Shown: piece by piece, positions 48,268-57,100 of the stretch
How positions within the stretch are numbered: position 1 is the stretch's first letter
Layout of the letters: the number at the start of each line of letters is the position of its first letter
Source: a virus
DNA length: 64,000 bases
Virus record (IMG/VR): IMGVR_UViG_3300045988_123324
Coordinates: 32,001-96,000 of that record
Reading direction: 5' to 3' (one strand)
Notes under the pieces: generated by a model
What the model was told of the DNA's origin: nothing
Seen by the model: the letters and a program-made list of their open reading frames with translations, nothing else
The model's database searches: none
Translations under genes and position numbers: made by a program

Positions 48268-49770
48268 TTACATACCAGTTGGTTGAACAACGCTTACCTG
48301 TCCTGGTTCTAGTGGCTGTTTTCCTGTTGGACTCTTTTCCACACTTTCAACAAGTTTATCCACAATATTTGCATCAACATCTTTAAGCGTTGCTCTTACA
48401 ACTTGCTTACGCATTTCTTCATTATACTCTTCAGAGATATTCATTGTTAGTGCTGATGTTGCATTAGCAAGTGTTGTAGCGGCATCAATAATACCATATT
48501 GATTATTATACACAACAGAAAATTCTTTCATATCTTCATTCATATATTTTGAAAATACATACATTATAGACTTTTCTGCTTCTTGTAAACCTTGTCCTAA
48601 TTCGCTAATAGTTTGAAATAGCTGTTGATTATCCCACTCACGAGCGGTTCCACTAACATTATACTGATTTACGCCAGTAGTCATTTGTAGTGTTGCCATC
48701 CTATAAATTTCCTTTATGCAGAAATTTATCTCATTCATGATAATATCGCTAGAATCTGATGGTGGAGTTATAAACTCTGGCTTTGCCGCGCTTTTTCCTC
48801 CACGATACATTATCATGTCGGCAGTACCATATCTTAATGGTTCATCTCCATTTTCATAATCATCTTCATCTGCGATTGGATATGTGAGTAATGAAAATGC
48901 TTGTGCTCTATTTCTTTCTCTAAGCTCTGAGCACGCATTATATAGGGCATGATTCGTTCTTGCTATAGCATACAGATCCGACTGTGGTATTAAATTATTA
49001 CTGTCATTGATAGCCCCATATAAAGGTATTATTGGAATGATTCCAACAGGATTCTGGAAGGACTGTGTTTCGCCATCAACAACTTTCTTACATACCGTAT
49101 TTGTCCACGTCCATGTCTCTGGTTTATTTACCGCATTTCCGTCTTTATCAAGAACATAATTATCTATAGTATATGAAATACTGACAAGTCTGCCAAGTTT
49201 ATCAGTATACCAGTTTGTTACTTGTGCAGGACTTACAAGATAGAGATAAGGATATAGTCGCTGATCCACAACGTCTTTTTCTGTAAGTAATCTATCTTCT
49301 TCTACTTGTTCCATGTCTACAACAATAAACTCAACACCATGTAGTTTTGCCCTAATTGCCGCCTTTTTCATAAATCTTGTAAGTGTTGTCTTTTTTCCAT
49401 CAACATCTTTTTCAAACAAAGATGCAGTTGAAGATAATCCACTTCGCATTGGCTCTGTCTTAAATATAGGATTAACATGAGCATCTACAACTGGTTTTAC
49501 ATAGTTAATAAAATAGCTCATATTCTTTCTTCGCACATATTTTTCTGTTCTTTCACTAGGATGTGGAATAAGATATTCTCCTGTCTCAAATCCACCAGAT
49601 GCCCTATATGCGTTATCGAGAAGTTCATATTTTCCTATTAGTTGTCCATTGTAACTAGCAAGCATAGAAAGTTGTTTTATTAGTTCACTTTGTTGTTCTT
49701 CTACTTCTAAAAACGTATGAACTGAACCGCCAGCTTCTAATACTGTTCTTTTTTCTCCTATTTGTGACAA
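48268..49770 (-). CDS. portal protein
   Basis: 500-aa ORF immediately downstream of terL. Called from size and position. Confidence 0.75.
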   Translation of the reverse strand: MSQIGEKRTVLEAGGSVHTFLEVEEQQSELIKQLSMLASYNGQLIGKYELLDNAYRASGGFETGEYLIPHPSERTEKYVRRKNMSYFINYVKPVVDAHVNPIFKTEPMRSGLSSTASLFEKDVDGKKTTLTRFMKKAAIRAKLHGVEFIVVDMEQVEEDRLLTEKDVVDQRLYPYLYLVSPAQVTNWYTDKLGRLVSISYTIDNYVLDKDGNAVNKPETWTWTNTVCKKVVDGETQSFQNPVGIIPIIPLYGAINDSNNLIPQSDLYAIARTNHALYNACSELRERNRAQAFSLLTYPIADEDDYENGDEPLRYGTADMIMYRGGKSAAKPEFITPPSDSSDIIMNEINFCIKEIYRMATLQMTTGVNQYNVSGTAREWDNQQLFQTISELGQGLQEAEKSIMYVFSKYMNEDMKEFSVVYNNQYGIIDAATTLANATSALTMNISEEYNEEMRKQVVRATLKDVDANIVDKLVESVEKSPTGKQPLEPGQVSVVQPTGM

Positions 49771-49788
49771 ATTATTCCTCCTCTCTTA

Positions 49789-51537
49789 TTAGAATCCTAC
49801 AATTCTTGTTGCATCACTTATTTTTGACTTTGGTTGCATATACATCACACCATACCTAAGTGCATCACAATTATGTATAATAATATCTGACGTAGTGACT
49901 GCAAAACAATGAGTATCTTCTACCTCCATATTATATACATCTTCGTTTTCATGTTTATCTATATGAACAAGTTTTGTATGTGATACTGATGTTTTAATCA
50001 AATCTTCTGTTGTAATGTCTTTTGCCTCTACCCAACCACGATTTACTGTCAAAATCCTATGATCTGGTGTAACATTCAATATGTCTCTTGTATCAAATAC
50101 AAGAGAAATTACTTCTGTATCTTTTCTTGTCATATGAACATCAAAGAATCTTCTCGTGCAACAATATCCATTTTCATCACATGTGATAAGTTCTCCTGTT
50201 TTTCCAACGAGATCTTCTATTGGTATATAACCTTCTGTTGTATTTATCAATGTATCACCAGTTATGCAGGCGTGATCGTCAACCTTACGAGGAAGATCGA
50301 CTCCCCTAAGTTGCGCTTTCTCATCCCAAACGTATGTCTGTAGCTCTCTTATGAGATTTTCACACTGTTCCTCTATCAATATTTTTCCTTGTCCCATGTC
50401 AGACGCAACTGTCCTTATTCCTGGGAGAACATCATTTATAGCATTTTTTGTTTTCATGTGAAATCTTCGTGCCTGTAGTTTAAAACTACTTGCAGAAGGG
50501 TCAACAACTACAACAATCTGTCTGTATGTTCTCTGTGTTAATTCTGTTTCTTCGTTTATAAAATCTCTTAGATCATTTACATATTCTATATCTGTTTTTT
50601 GTGCTTCTTGGTTTCCGTCCTCTTCTTTTACTGCGGCTCGTCCATCAAAATAATATTCTTTGCATACATATATAGTATTATCTATGGTCTTACCGAGCAG
50701 TAAAAATGCTGTCGGGTTTGCTGTGCCTATATCACAACACACACACCAATCTATTATATCTTCATACGGAATATCCGATTGCTTTATGACATGTTCTTTT
50801 TTCTTAAACATATCATATATCAATCCGTCTGCAACCACCCATTTGCCTTCAATGTATCGTTTTGCAAACACGCCACTAAAATTTTTCTTATATCTATCAA
50901 GAACATCTTGTGGTAATGATAAATTATCTTCCATATTAAAATGAACGTATAATCCATCTTTCTCTCTTAGTTTCTTTAATACATTCTTATAAAACCAATG
51001 ATGTGGAGAAGATGGGTTACAATTTATAAACAACTTTGCTCCATCAATAGATAAACGAGATACTGCTTGATTGTAAAAAGACTCTGGCATTAGAACTGCT
51101 TCGTCTAGCAAAAGACCTGCAAGTGTCATACCTTGAATGAGATCTTGTGATGATTCGTCCTTACCACCAAAGATAAAGAAGTAATTTACTACCTCACACT
51201 TAATTATTTCTATGTAGTTCTCTGATCTGTGTTCAATAACATCATAATCTAATGCCATAAGCATCTGTTTCAATGTCATAAGCACGTTTCTTCTGAACGA
51301 TCCTACTGATTTACCACACATCGCAGCATTTTGTTGATTAAACGTGTTCATCATAAACAAAACAAAGGATAACGCCATGCTTACTGTCTTTCCGCTGCGA
51401 ATCGCGCCGTCAGCAATAAGCATAAACGAATCATTTACTGGCGATTTTTCTGTCCACCAACTTAGAACCTTTAATTGCTTGTTTGAAAAGGGTTTAAATT
51501 TAAATGCTGATAATTTCAGTTTCTTGTTATTAGCCAT
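49789..51537 (-). CDS. terL: terminase large subunit containing a mini-intein
   Basis: Walker A ADGAIRSGKT, Walker B LLLDEA, nuclease motifs VVVVDPS and DDHA|..|CDALRY, split by a 133-aa Hint domain. Confidence 0.9.
   Translation of the reverse strand: MANNKKLKLSAFKFKPFSNKQLKVLSWWTEKSPVNDSFMLIADGAIRSGKTVSMALSFVLFMMNTFNQQNAAMCGKSVGSFRRNVLMTLKQMLMALDYDVIEHRSENYIEIIKCEVVNYFFIFGGKDESSQDLIQGMTLAGLLLDEAVLMPESFYNQAVSRLSIDGAKLFINCNPSSPHHWFYKNVLKKLREKDGLYVHFNMEDNLSLPQDVLDRYKKNFSGVFAKRYIEGKWVVADGLIYDMFKKKEHVIKQSDIPYEDIIDWCVCCDIGTANPTAFLLLGKTIDNTIYVCKEYYFDGRAAVKEEDGNQEAQKTDIEYVNDLRDFINEETELTQRTYRQIVVVVDPSASSFKLQARRFHMKTKNAINDVLPGIRTVASDMGQGKILIEEQCENLIRELQTYVWDEKAQLRGVDLPRKVDDHACITGDTLINTTEGYIPIEDLVGKTGELITCDENGYCCTRRFFDVHMTRKDTEVISLVFDTRDILNVTPDHRILTVNRGWVEAKDITTEDLIKTSVSHTKLVHIDKHENEDVYNMEVEDTHCFAVTTSDIIIHNCDALRYGVMYMQPKSKISDATRIVGF
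49870..50268 (-). mobile_element. mini-intein (133 aa, no endonuclease domain) in the terL nuclease motif
   Basis: Block A is CITGDTLI, block B is TPDHRILT, and the C-terminus is IIIHN followed by the +1 Cys. Excision restores VDDHA-CDALRYG. Confidence 0.85.
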
Positions 51538-52213
51538 CTTCCTTTAATGCCTCATCAAGGTCACTATACACATTATCACCTGTCCATGTATCATCAATTC
51601 TTCCAGTAATGGCATCGAGTATTCTGCTATCTTCTTTTGCCTTATTATCCTTCTCTGCTTGCCACTCCATAAAGTCTTTTATTTTATCCCAACATGAAAG
51701 TTTATCTACAAGCTGTATAGTAACTCCATCTTTACCCTGTTTGATACTACTGACAAGAGACATATCCAAATCTTTACTGTTATTTAAGAATACTCTGCTT
51801 CTTTTATTTGTGATTGGTTCGCCAGTATCCATATTTAGAACTGGATTTCCTTCTTTATCAAGAACTGGCTTTTCTTCTTCCTCTACTCTTACATAATCTC
51901 CTATATTTGCATTTGCAGCTTTTAGAAGAAATTCTATGTACTGTGTTGGATCAATATCAAAACCAACTGACATTATCTTTCTTGCTCGCTTTATCGCCGC
52001 TCTAATATGTGGTCTTTGTAGTAGTTCACAAGCCTTAACTCTTGATGTTGTTATATTATCCATATTATATGCCTTGCGATAACTCTGAGCACCGTTGTAT
52101 GATTCTAAATACAGAAGTAGGAATGTCTTTTCATTCTCAGTCATATCACTTCCAAATATTTCTTCAAAAATTTTATCATTTACAACTTCTTTTACGTCTT
52201 TTCCCATATGCAA
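51530..52213 (-). CDS. terS: terminase small subunit
   Basis: N-terminal HTH-like TENEKTFLLLYLESYNGAQSYRKAY....RVKACELLQRPHIRAAI. Overlaps the terL start. Confidence 0.8.
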   Translation of the reverse strand: MHMGKDVKEVVNDKIFEEIFGSDMTENEKTFLLLYLESYNGAQSYRKAYNMDNITTSRVKACELLQRPHIRAAIKRARKIMSVGFDIDPTQYIEFLLKAANANIGDYVRVEEEEKPVLDKEGNPVLNMDTGEPITNKRSRVFLNNSKDLDMSLVSSIKQGKDGVTIQLVDKLSCWDKIKDFMEWQAEKDNKAKEDSRILDAITGRIDDTWTGDNVYSDLDEALKEDG

Positions 52214-52271
52214 TCTCCTTTCTAAATATTATATTTAATTATAACACAATTAATTTGTAAAGTCAATAGAA

Positions 52272-52302
52272 AACACAAAAAGCCCACCATTTCTGGTGAG
52301 CC
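52272..52302 (-). terminator. intrinsic terminator closing non-coding block A
   Basis: Minus strand reads GCTCACCAGAAATGGTGGGCTTTTTGTGTTTTC. Confidence 0.75.
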
Positions 52303-52990
52303 TTATGCGGAAAGGAGACAATTAAAATGAACTAGGACTTCATAAGACTTTCGCCTTACTCCGTCTGTGAGACTAGGCAGGTAAACGCGAATACCATTTT
52401 GCCTAGAGAACACACACGTCTGTCAAAGAACCACTTTATAAGATGTGGTAGAAATACTCCGTGTAAGTCATTTCTATAGCGGCTACATACCCAACGCGCT
52501 TTCCACATCCAGTAGCCATTGCAACAACACCATTATCTTGTTGCTCCCAATCTAGGTTGAAACCTTATCTTCTCTGTAGCAGGATTTTTGGATTTGCACC
52601 AAAGTCTTACAACTGGTTTTGTTGTATGTTCTTCTGTTAAACTAAATCCGCATGGTCGGGCATACAGGTAACGCTCCTGTGTCTTGGGTTTATAAGACCC
52701 CTGCACTCACTTTTGTGCTAATGCCCAATATTTCTTATGTAGCCCCACCCATCGCCCATAAGTTGAAGCCATTCTGACATTCTGCTTTGAGTTGTCAAGC
52801 ATGCGCTTCCTCCTGCTGTTTGTACTTTTGGCTTTTATTATCTAGGCACAGCCTACTCGCACATCATTTTGTTATATATCAGTATTTTGTTTTGCTGTTT
52901 GTGCCTACTCACAAGACGCTTATGGACACCTGCTGTGTTAGATTTGATTTCAGTTCAAATTTATAAATGATTTGCTGTCTGCGTCTTTAT
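52272..52990 (-). ncRNA. candidate large structured non-coding RNA A (approx. 0.7 kb)
   Basis: No ORF of 60 aa or more on either strand. Has its own promoter (52997-53025) and terminator. Long-range helices pair 52981-87 with 52913-19 (AAGACGC/GCGTCTT) and 52900-07 with 52843-50 (TAGGCACA/TGTGCCTA), plus CTAGGCA..TGCCTAG. GC-rich patches sit in AT-rich surroundings. Confidence 0.55.
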
Positions 52991-52996
52991 GTATAT

Positions 52997-53025
52997 ATCT
53001 TACCACATCTTTTTACTGTTGTCAA
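52997..53025 (-). promoter_or_regulatory. sigma-A-type promoter TTGACA-17-TAAGAT driving block A
   Basis: Minus strand reads TTGACA, then ACAGTAAAAAGATGTGG (17 nt), then TAAGAT. The -10 overlaps the stop codon of the upstream vWA gene. Confidence 0.6.
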
Positions 53026-54547
53026 CCCTAATTTCAAAAATTTTATCAACAATTTCGTATCGTGGTAAATTAAGTTGCTTTACAAGAGCCTTATACGGAT
53101 CTAGCTCACTTGACATCACCATATCCATAAGATTCTTGCTGAATCCACTGATAAGAATTACTCCATTTTCATTCTGCGTGAGAGGTACTGTGTTTGTCCT
53201 AGAATTTACGTTCCAGAAAACTAACTTTGGAAGTTTATATCCTTCCTTCTTGTACTTTTCCGCTATGGTTTCAAACAACGCTTTATTGCCCTTTTCATTG
53301 TAATATCCTTGCGCCATGTTGAACTCCATATCACTCACAATTAGTACAGTCTTTGGCATATCTTCTTGTGATACGCCATTCTTTACTGCGGTGTCAAGAA
53401 TAAGATCAAAAACACTCTCAATATTCGTACTTGAAATATCATCATATTTTGCAAGATATTTGAGCTTATCATGAAGATTATCAAGATGTGATACATCAAT
53501 CAACTTAGCCCATGAACTAAACGTGATGAACTTGTCTTTGAACGCTCCTTCATTATTCTCTGCACAATAAAGAGTGATTGCATCTGCAACTTCAAGTGCG
53601 GTAAGACCTGACTTATCAACTGGAACAGTCATAGATCCGCTACCATCACGAACAACAACAGTATCGCTAAACCCATTACACTTATCCTGTGCTTTCCATA
53701 GTTGCTCAAGTGTCTCGTCATAATCCTTATGCACGGCACACCATTCACCAAACTCTGCGTAAGCATGGACAATATCATGGAGAAACATAGCGTTTGCATT
53801 GATCTTTGTCTCACCCTTCTTGAGTGATTCAAGATACTTTTCTCTGCGCTCCCCATCATGACGCTCAAACGCATTACGATAGTTTACATTAGCCTTTGAT
53901 GGAACTGCTGAGTAGTCAATTTCTCCCCACTCATTTTCAGACATCTTACGCTCAACAACATCAATATATGCACGTAGTTCTGATAAAATCTTTCGATATT
54001 CGCTCTTTAGCATACCAAGATAATTGCAGATCATCTTTGCTTTTGCACAAGTTTCTTTACTGCTTGCATTGATGCTAGGAAGCCATTTTGCCAGGAGTGA
54101 TACAGATTTCTTATCATCCATATCTTGCATATCATTCACAAGTTGCTTGTCAATCTTATCTAAAATCATATTGCGAATAAAATCATTGTCTGTACGATAG
54201 GCAATATCTACGTAATCATCCCATCGACCATATTCCGCAATATCAACTTCCTTAATAAAGATATTGGCAAGATCAACATCATATGAGATAAGTTCAAGCA
54301 CAAAGTCTCTAAATGATTTACGCTCGCCGATTCCTTCTCGAACATCCCTAAGATAAAGAAGCCACTTGAGCGTCAGCTTTTCATCCTCATTGAGTGCTTG
54401 CTTAAACAAGTCCTTATCAATAGTCTTTCTAAATGAAGGTACTTGAAAATTTAGATCAACTAACTTACTTCCAGATGTTTTAAATCCAACAGCACCATTC
54501 TCTGTTACTGACTTTTCGTCATTCTCAATCATTTTCATAAAATCCAT
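53000..54547 (-). CDS. DUF2828-type protein: helical TROVE-like N-domain plus C-terminal vWA domain
   Basis: N-terminus ..SVTENGAVGFKTSGSKLVDLNF resembles the DUF2828/TROVE start. The C-terminus has a vWA MIDAS-like VVVRDGSGSM and later VLIVSDMEFN. Confidence 0.6.
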   Translation of the reverse strand: MDFMKMIENDEKSVTENGAVGFKTSGSKLVDLNFQVPSFRKTIDKDLFKQALNEDEKLTLKWLLYLRDVREGIGERKSFRDFVLELISYDVDLANIFIKEVDIAEYGRWDDYVDIAYRTDNDFIRNMILDKIDKQLVNDMQDMDDKKSVSLLAKWLPSINASSKETCAKAKMICNYLGMLKSEYRKILSELRAYIDVVERKMSENEWGEIDYSAVPSKANVNYRNAFERHDGERREKYLESLKKGETKINANAMFLHDIVHAYAEFGEWCAVHKDYDETLEQLWKAQDKCNGFSDTVVVRDGSGSMTVPVDKSGLTALEVADAITLYCAENNEGAFKDKFITFSSWAKLIDVSHLDNLHDKLKYLAKYDDISSTNIESVFDLILDTAVKNGVSQEDMPKTVLIVSDMEFNMAQGYYNEKGNKALFETIAEKYKKEGYKLPKLVFWNVNSRTNTVPLTQNENGVILISGFSKNLMDMVMSSELDPYKALVKQLNLPRYEIVDKIFEIRVDNSKKMW

Positions 54548-54748
54548 GTTTTATTCCTCCTAGACACTAAATAGTCAAACTGCTGTAAATGCCTAAATAC
54601 TCAAGACAGTATCTTGTTAGCTGATTTTAGGTCAGCACAGAATGATTGCTGTTACTGCCTTTTATTTCATATATTCTCTGGTAGGCAATTATATCCTACT
54701 ACAAGTCCGCAAACTTGTCAGCCTATTAAATGTTTCAGAGAAAAATTA

Positions 54749-54835
54749 TGGTGCTGACAGCGAGATTCGAACTCGCACCCACTTAACTAGAACGGTTTTT
54801 GAGACCGTCGTGTCTGCCAATTCCACCATGCCAGC
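54749..54835 (-). tRNA. tRNA-Leu(CAA): tRNA-Leu, anticodon CAA (type II, long variable arm, CCA encoded)
   Basis: Cloverleaf folded by hand. Acceptor GCTGGCA/TGTCAGC, anticodon stem ACGGT/ACCGT, loop CTCAAAA, T arm GCGAG-TTCGAAT-CTCGC. 87 nt. Confidence 0.9.
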
Positions 54836-54847
54836 ATTATATCATAT

Positions 54848-55087
54848 TCAAATTCCAAAGTCAAGTCTTTCTTTTGGAATTTCTTGTTCGTATTCTGTAC
54901 GATAGATTACAACCTTTTCTGCATCATACTTATTATATAACCCAGTTGATAGCAAAATCGCATCCATCTCAGTGTGTACTTCACATAGGATCATATTTCC
55001 GTGTGTTTCTACATTACTGCATAAAGTTTCTAGCTTTTCTACAAGCTCTTTGTTTACTTCTTTATAGTAAGATTTAACGAGAATCAT
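54848..55087 (-). CDS. hypothetical 79-aa protein lying between tRNA genes
   Basis: Start taken at MILVKSYYKE (AAGGAAG RBS). The longer ORF-track start would overlap tRNA-Arg. Confidence 0.45.
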   Translation of the reverse strand: MILVKSYYKEVNKELVEKLETLCSNVETHGNMILCEVHTEMDAILLSTGLYNKYDAEKVVIYRTEYEQEIPKERLDFGI

Positions 55088-55111
55088 ATTATCTTCTTCC
55101 TTATTAACAAA

Positions 55112-55187
55112 TGGTACGCCTAGAGGAACTCGAATCCCCGACAAGTGCTTTAGAAGAACACTGCTCTTCCAACTGAGCTATAGGCGT
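55112..55187 (-). tRNA. tRNA-Arg(TCT): tRNA-Arg, anticodon UCU (CCA encoded)
   Basis: Acceptor ACGCCTA/TAGGCGT, D arm GCTC-AGTTGGAA-GAGC, anticodon loop CTTCTAA, T arm GGGGA-TTCGAGT-TCCTC. 76 nt. Confidence 0.9.
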
Positions 55188-55191
55188 ATTA

Positions 55192-55267
55192 TGGAGCTTC
55201 TAGCTAGGATTGAACTAGCGACCTACTGATTACAAATCAGTCGTTCTACCAACTGAACTATAGAAGC
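55192..55267 (-). tRNA. tRNA-Thr(TGT): tRNA-Thr, anticodon UGU (CCA encoded)
   Basis: Acceptor GCTTCTA/TAGAAGC, D arm GTTC-AGTTGGTA-GAAC, anticodon loop TTTGTAA, T arm GCTAG-TTCAATC-CTAGC. 76 nt. Confidence 0.9.
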
Positions 55268-55268
55268 A

Positions 55269-55552
55269 TGGTGGAGCTGACGGTATTGAAACCGTGTCCA
55301 GAGACTACTTTCATATAAACCTTATACACGCTTGTTGAAAAGGTTTTGGTAGATTAGGTCTACCAGCCCAATGACATAGTTGGTTTTATTAGACCACTAA
55401 CAACATAACCAACTAGAAAAGTTATTAGTAGTTGCTTTTAAGCCGCTAGGCTGTAAACTTCGTTTTCGTCAGTTCTTTTGTTTGCTGTTTTACTGGTACG
55501 CCCCAGACGTGAGTTTATATGTAGTTTTCCTCTGTCGAAACCTTTCAGCCCC
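55269..55552 (-). ncRNA. ssrA: tmRNA (transfer-messenger RNA), 284 nt
   Basis: 5' end GGGGCTGAAAGGTTTCGACAGAGG and 3' end GGACACGGTTTCAATACCGTCAGCTCCACCA, matching the canonical tmRNA ends. Internal frame GCA AAC AAA AGA ACT GAC GAA AAC GAA GTT TAC AGC CTA GCG GCT TAA (55438-55485) encodes ANKRTDENEVYSLAA. Confidence 0.85.
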
Positions 55553-55570
55553 GTTACAGTTCTTATTATA

Positions 55571-56314
55571 TCACTGTGAAACATCTTTGTCAAGCATTTT
55601 TTCTGCTTTTTCTTTTGATTCTTTTATTATAGAAATATCTCTCTCGCAATCTGCCTTTATAAATCTTAGATTGATTCCATTTTTCTTGCAAGTCTTAATA
55701 AATTTTCTATATTCTATTTCACTCACAAGATTACTTCTCCCATTTATTGCTTCAACAATATAATCATCTAAGTAAAATACATCAACATTCTTTATTGGTG
55801 ATACATTCATATTTTGGCTATATGCAAAAGTATAAACAGCACACATCAAAGAAAGTTCAAGTGCGTTTATCTCTGTAATCTTAAAGAAAGGCTCTTGGTA
55901 TGTAATTTCTCCATTCTTAACAACTGTATAAGAACAAACATTCTTGTAATTGCCTAAATATATCTTTAAGTAATCTTCTTCAAAAAATAATCTAATTTTC
56001 TTTCTCTTCTTTCTCTCTATTATTCTATATTCCTCAGACAGTCTATATACTATATCTCTTTTGGCAAGACGATCTGTCATTAAAGAAAGTTGTTCTCTAA
56101 AATCTTCAAGACTATATGTATCTTTATACAAATTGCAATCGTGACAAGAAGGATTCAAGTTACTTTCATCATCAGTACCACCTTTACGTACTGCTAAGAT
56201 ATGATCTACTCTTAGATTTTTTCTATCTTCTATGAGTTTTCCACAGTATGCACACCTCTTACCATACTTCATCCACACATTCTGTCTTGTTTTATCTTGT
56301 ATTTTGCTTCGCAT
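55571..56314 (-). CDS. HNH endonuclease with an extra C-terminal domain
   Basis: CAYCGK....VDHILAVRKGGTDDESNLNPSCHDCNLYK HNH core at the N-terminus. The C-terminal 130 aa loosely resemble an RNase H-like layout (TEINALELSL..DVFYLDDYIV). That resemblance is weak. Confidence 0.7.
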   Translation of the reverse strand: MRSKIQDKTRQNVWMKYGKRCAYCGKLIEDRKNLRVDHILAVRKGGTDDESNLNPSCHDCNLYKDTYSLEDFREQLSLMTDRLAKRDIVYRLSEEYRIIERKKRKKIRLFFEEDYLKIYLGNYKNVCSYTVVKNGEITYQEPFFKITEINALELSLMCAVYTFAYSQNMNVSPIKNVDVFYLDDYIVEAINGRSNLVSEIEYRKFIKTCKKNGINLRFIKADCERDISIIKESKEKAEKMLDKDVSQ

Positions 56315-56354
56315 ATTTAACCTCTTTACATTGCAGACAATTTCTCTTTTATTG

Positions 56355-56384
56355 ATTATATCACAAGGTAAATGCTTCTGTCAA
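56355..56384 (-). promoter_or_regulatory. sigma-A-type promoter TTGACA-18-TATAAT
   Basis: Minus strand reads TTGACA, then GAAGCATTTACCTTGTGA (18 nt), then TATAAT, upstream of the HNH gene. Confidence 0.6.
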
Positions 56385-56469
56385 CACATATTTTCCATTA
56401 TCTGTCAAGTAGGTATAGTTATCCTTAAACCAACATACATATATTTTTATTTCATATTATTAAACTCCT

Positions 56470-57100
56470 AACATCGTTTACGTACTTTGTACTTCAACTC
56501 GTTAGGGCTACACAAACCTCGTTTGCTCCGCACTCTCTTCTCTATTTATTTTCTGTATTTTTTTTTCTCTGTGTAACTTAACTTTTTAGGTAAACCCTCA
56601 ATGGGAATTTCACTAGATTTAGGCTATTAGAGGGCATAGTACACCACCTAGGAAACAAAAAAGACGCTAAAAATGGACGCACGAATACACCGCAAAATGC
56701 AGTGTAATTACGATCCATAATTAGTTCTTAGTTGTTTCTCTAGGTGTCCTAACATACATACATAATCAATGAGATTTCACTGAGTTTGAGTATATCGTCA
56801 GGGTTCTGTTTTTACAGAACTAGACTTACTGTTAAGCATTTAAGCAGTCCTCATGCCAGTAAGCCGACCACCCTACCGAAGTAGCCTGCTCCCAACCTAA
56901 CCGATTATAGCCGTTACCGCAGCATATTATTTACATAATATGTCCTCTGTACGCCAGAGGAAGTCCCCATTTTAAGTGTCGCGGCTGGGATAGACCGCGT
57001 GTCCGTATGTCTTACCCTCCAGTTTAGATTTTATCTTACTATATCACTAGACCCATTAGCGAACATAGCCTTGCTAGGTAAGCCCCAATATTTAGTTTGT
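56470..57100 (-). ncRNA. candidate large structured non-coding RNA B (0.6 kb or more; 3' end undefined)
   Basis: No ORF of 60 aa or more on either strand. Promoter at 57107-57135 points into it. Hairpins: CCTCTG/CAGAGG (56944-60), CATATTAT/ATAATATG (56923-42), CTAC-UUCG-GTAG (56873-84), GTTCTG/CAGAAC (56803-20). A long-range helix pairs 56641-56 with 56734-47. GC-rich relative to its flanks. Confidence 0.5.

Noticed and set aside
54642-55077. Plus-strand ORFs 54642-54905 and 54799-55077
   Set aside because: They read antisense through tRNA-Leu and the 79-aa ORF. Artefacts of the AT-rich sequence.
55088-55144. N-terminal 19 codons of ORF 54848-55144
   Set aside because: They would overlap tRNA-Arg (55112-55187). 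An internal ATG with an RBS at 55087 is the better start.
55269-55345. Apparent fourth tRNA (CCA end, acceptor 3' strand and T arm adjacent to tRNA-Thr)
   Set aside because: No D arm or anticodon arm follows. The complementary acceptor strand GGGGCTG lies 284 nt away. The molecule is better explained as a tmRNA.
55482-55763. Plus-strand 93-aa ORF
   Set aside because: It overlaps the tmRNA on the opposite strand and the 3' end of the HNH gene. No RBS.
56800-56970. RNase P RNA-like motifs in block B (AGAGGAAGTCC and ACAGAAC..CTTAC on the plus strand)
   Set aside because: The motifs are in the wrong order for RNase P on that strand, GAGGAAAGUCC is one A short, and the P4 partner arrangement cannot be built. 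Most likely a coincidence.
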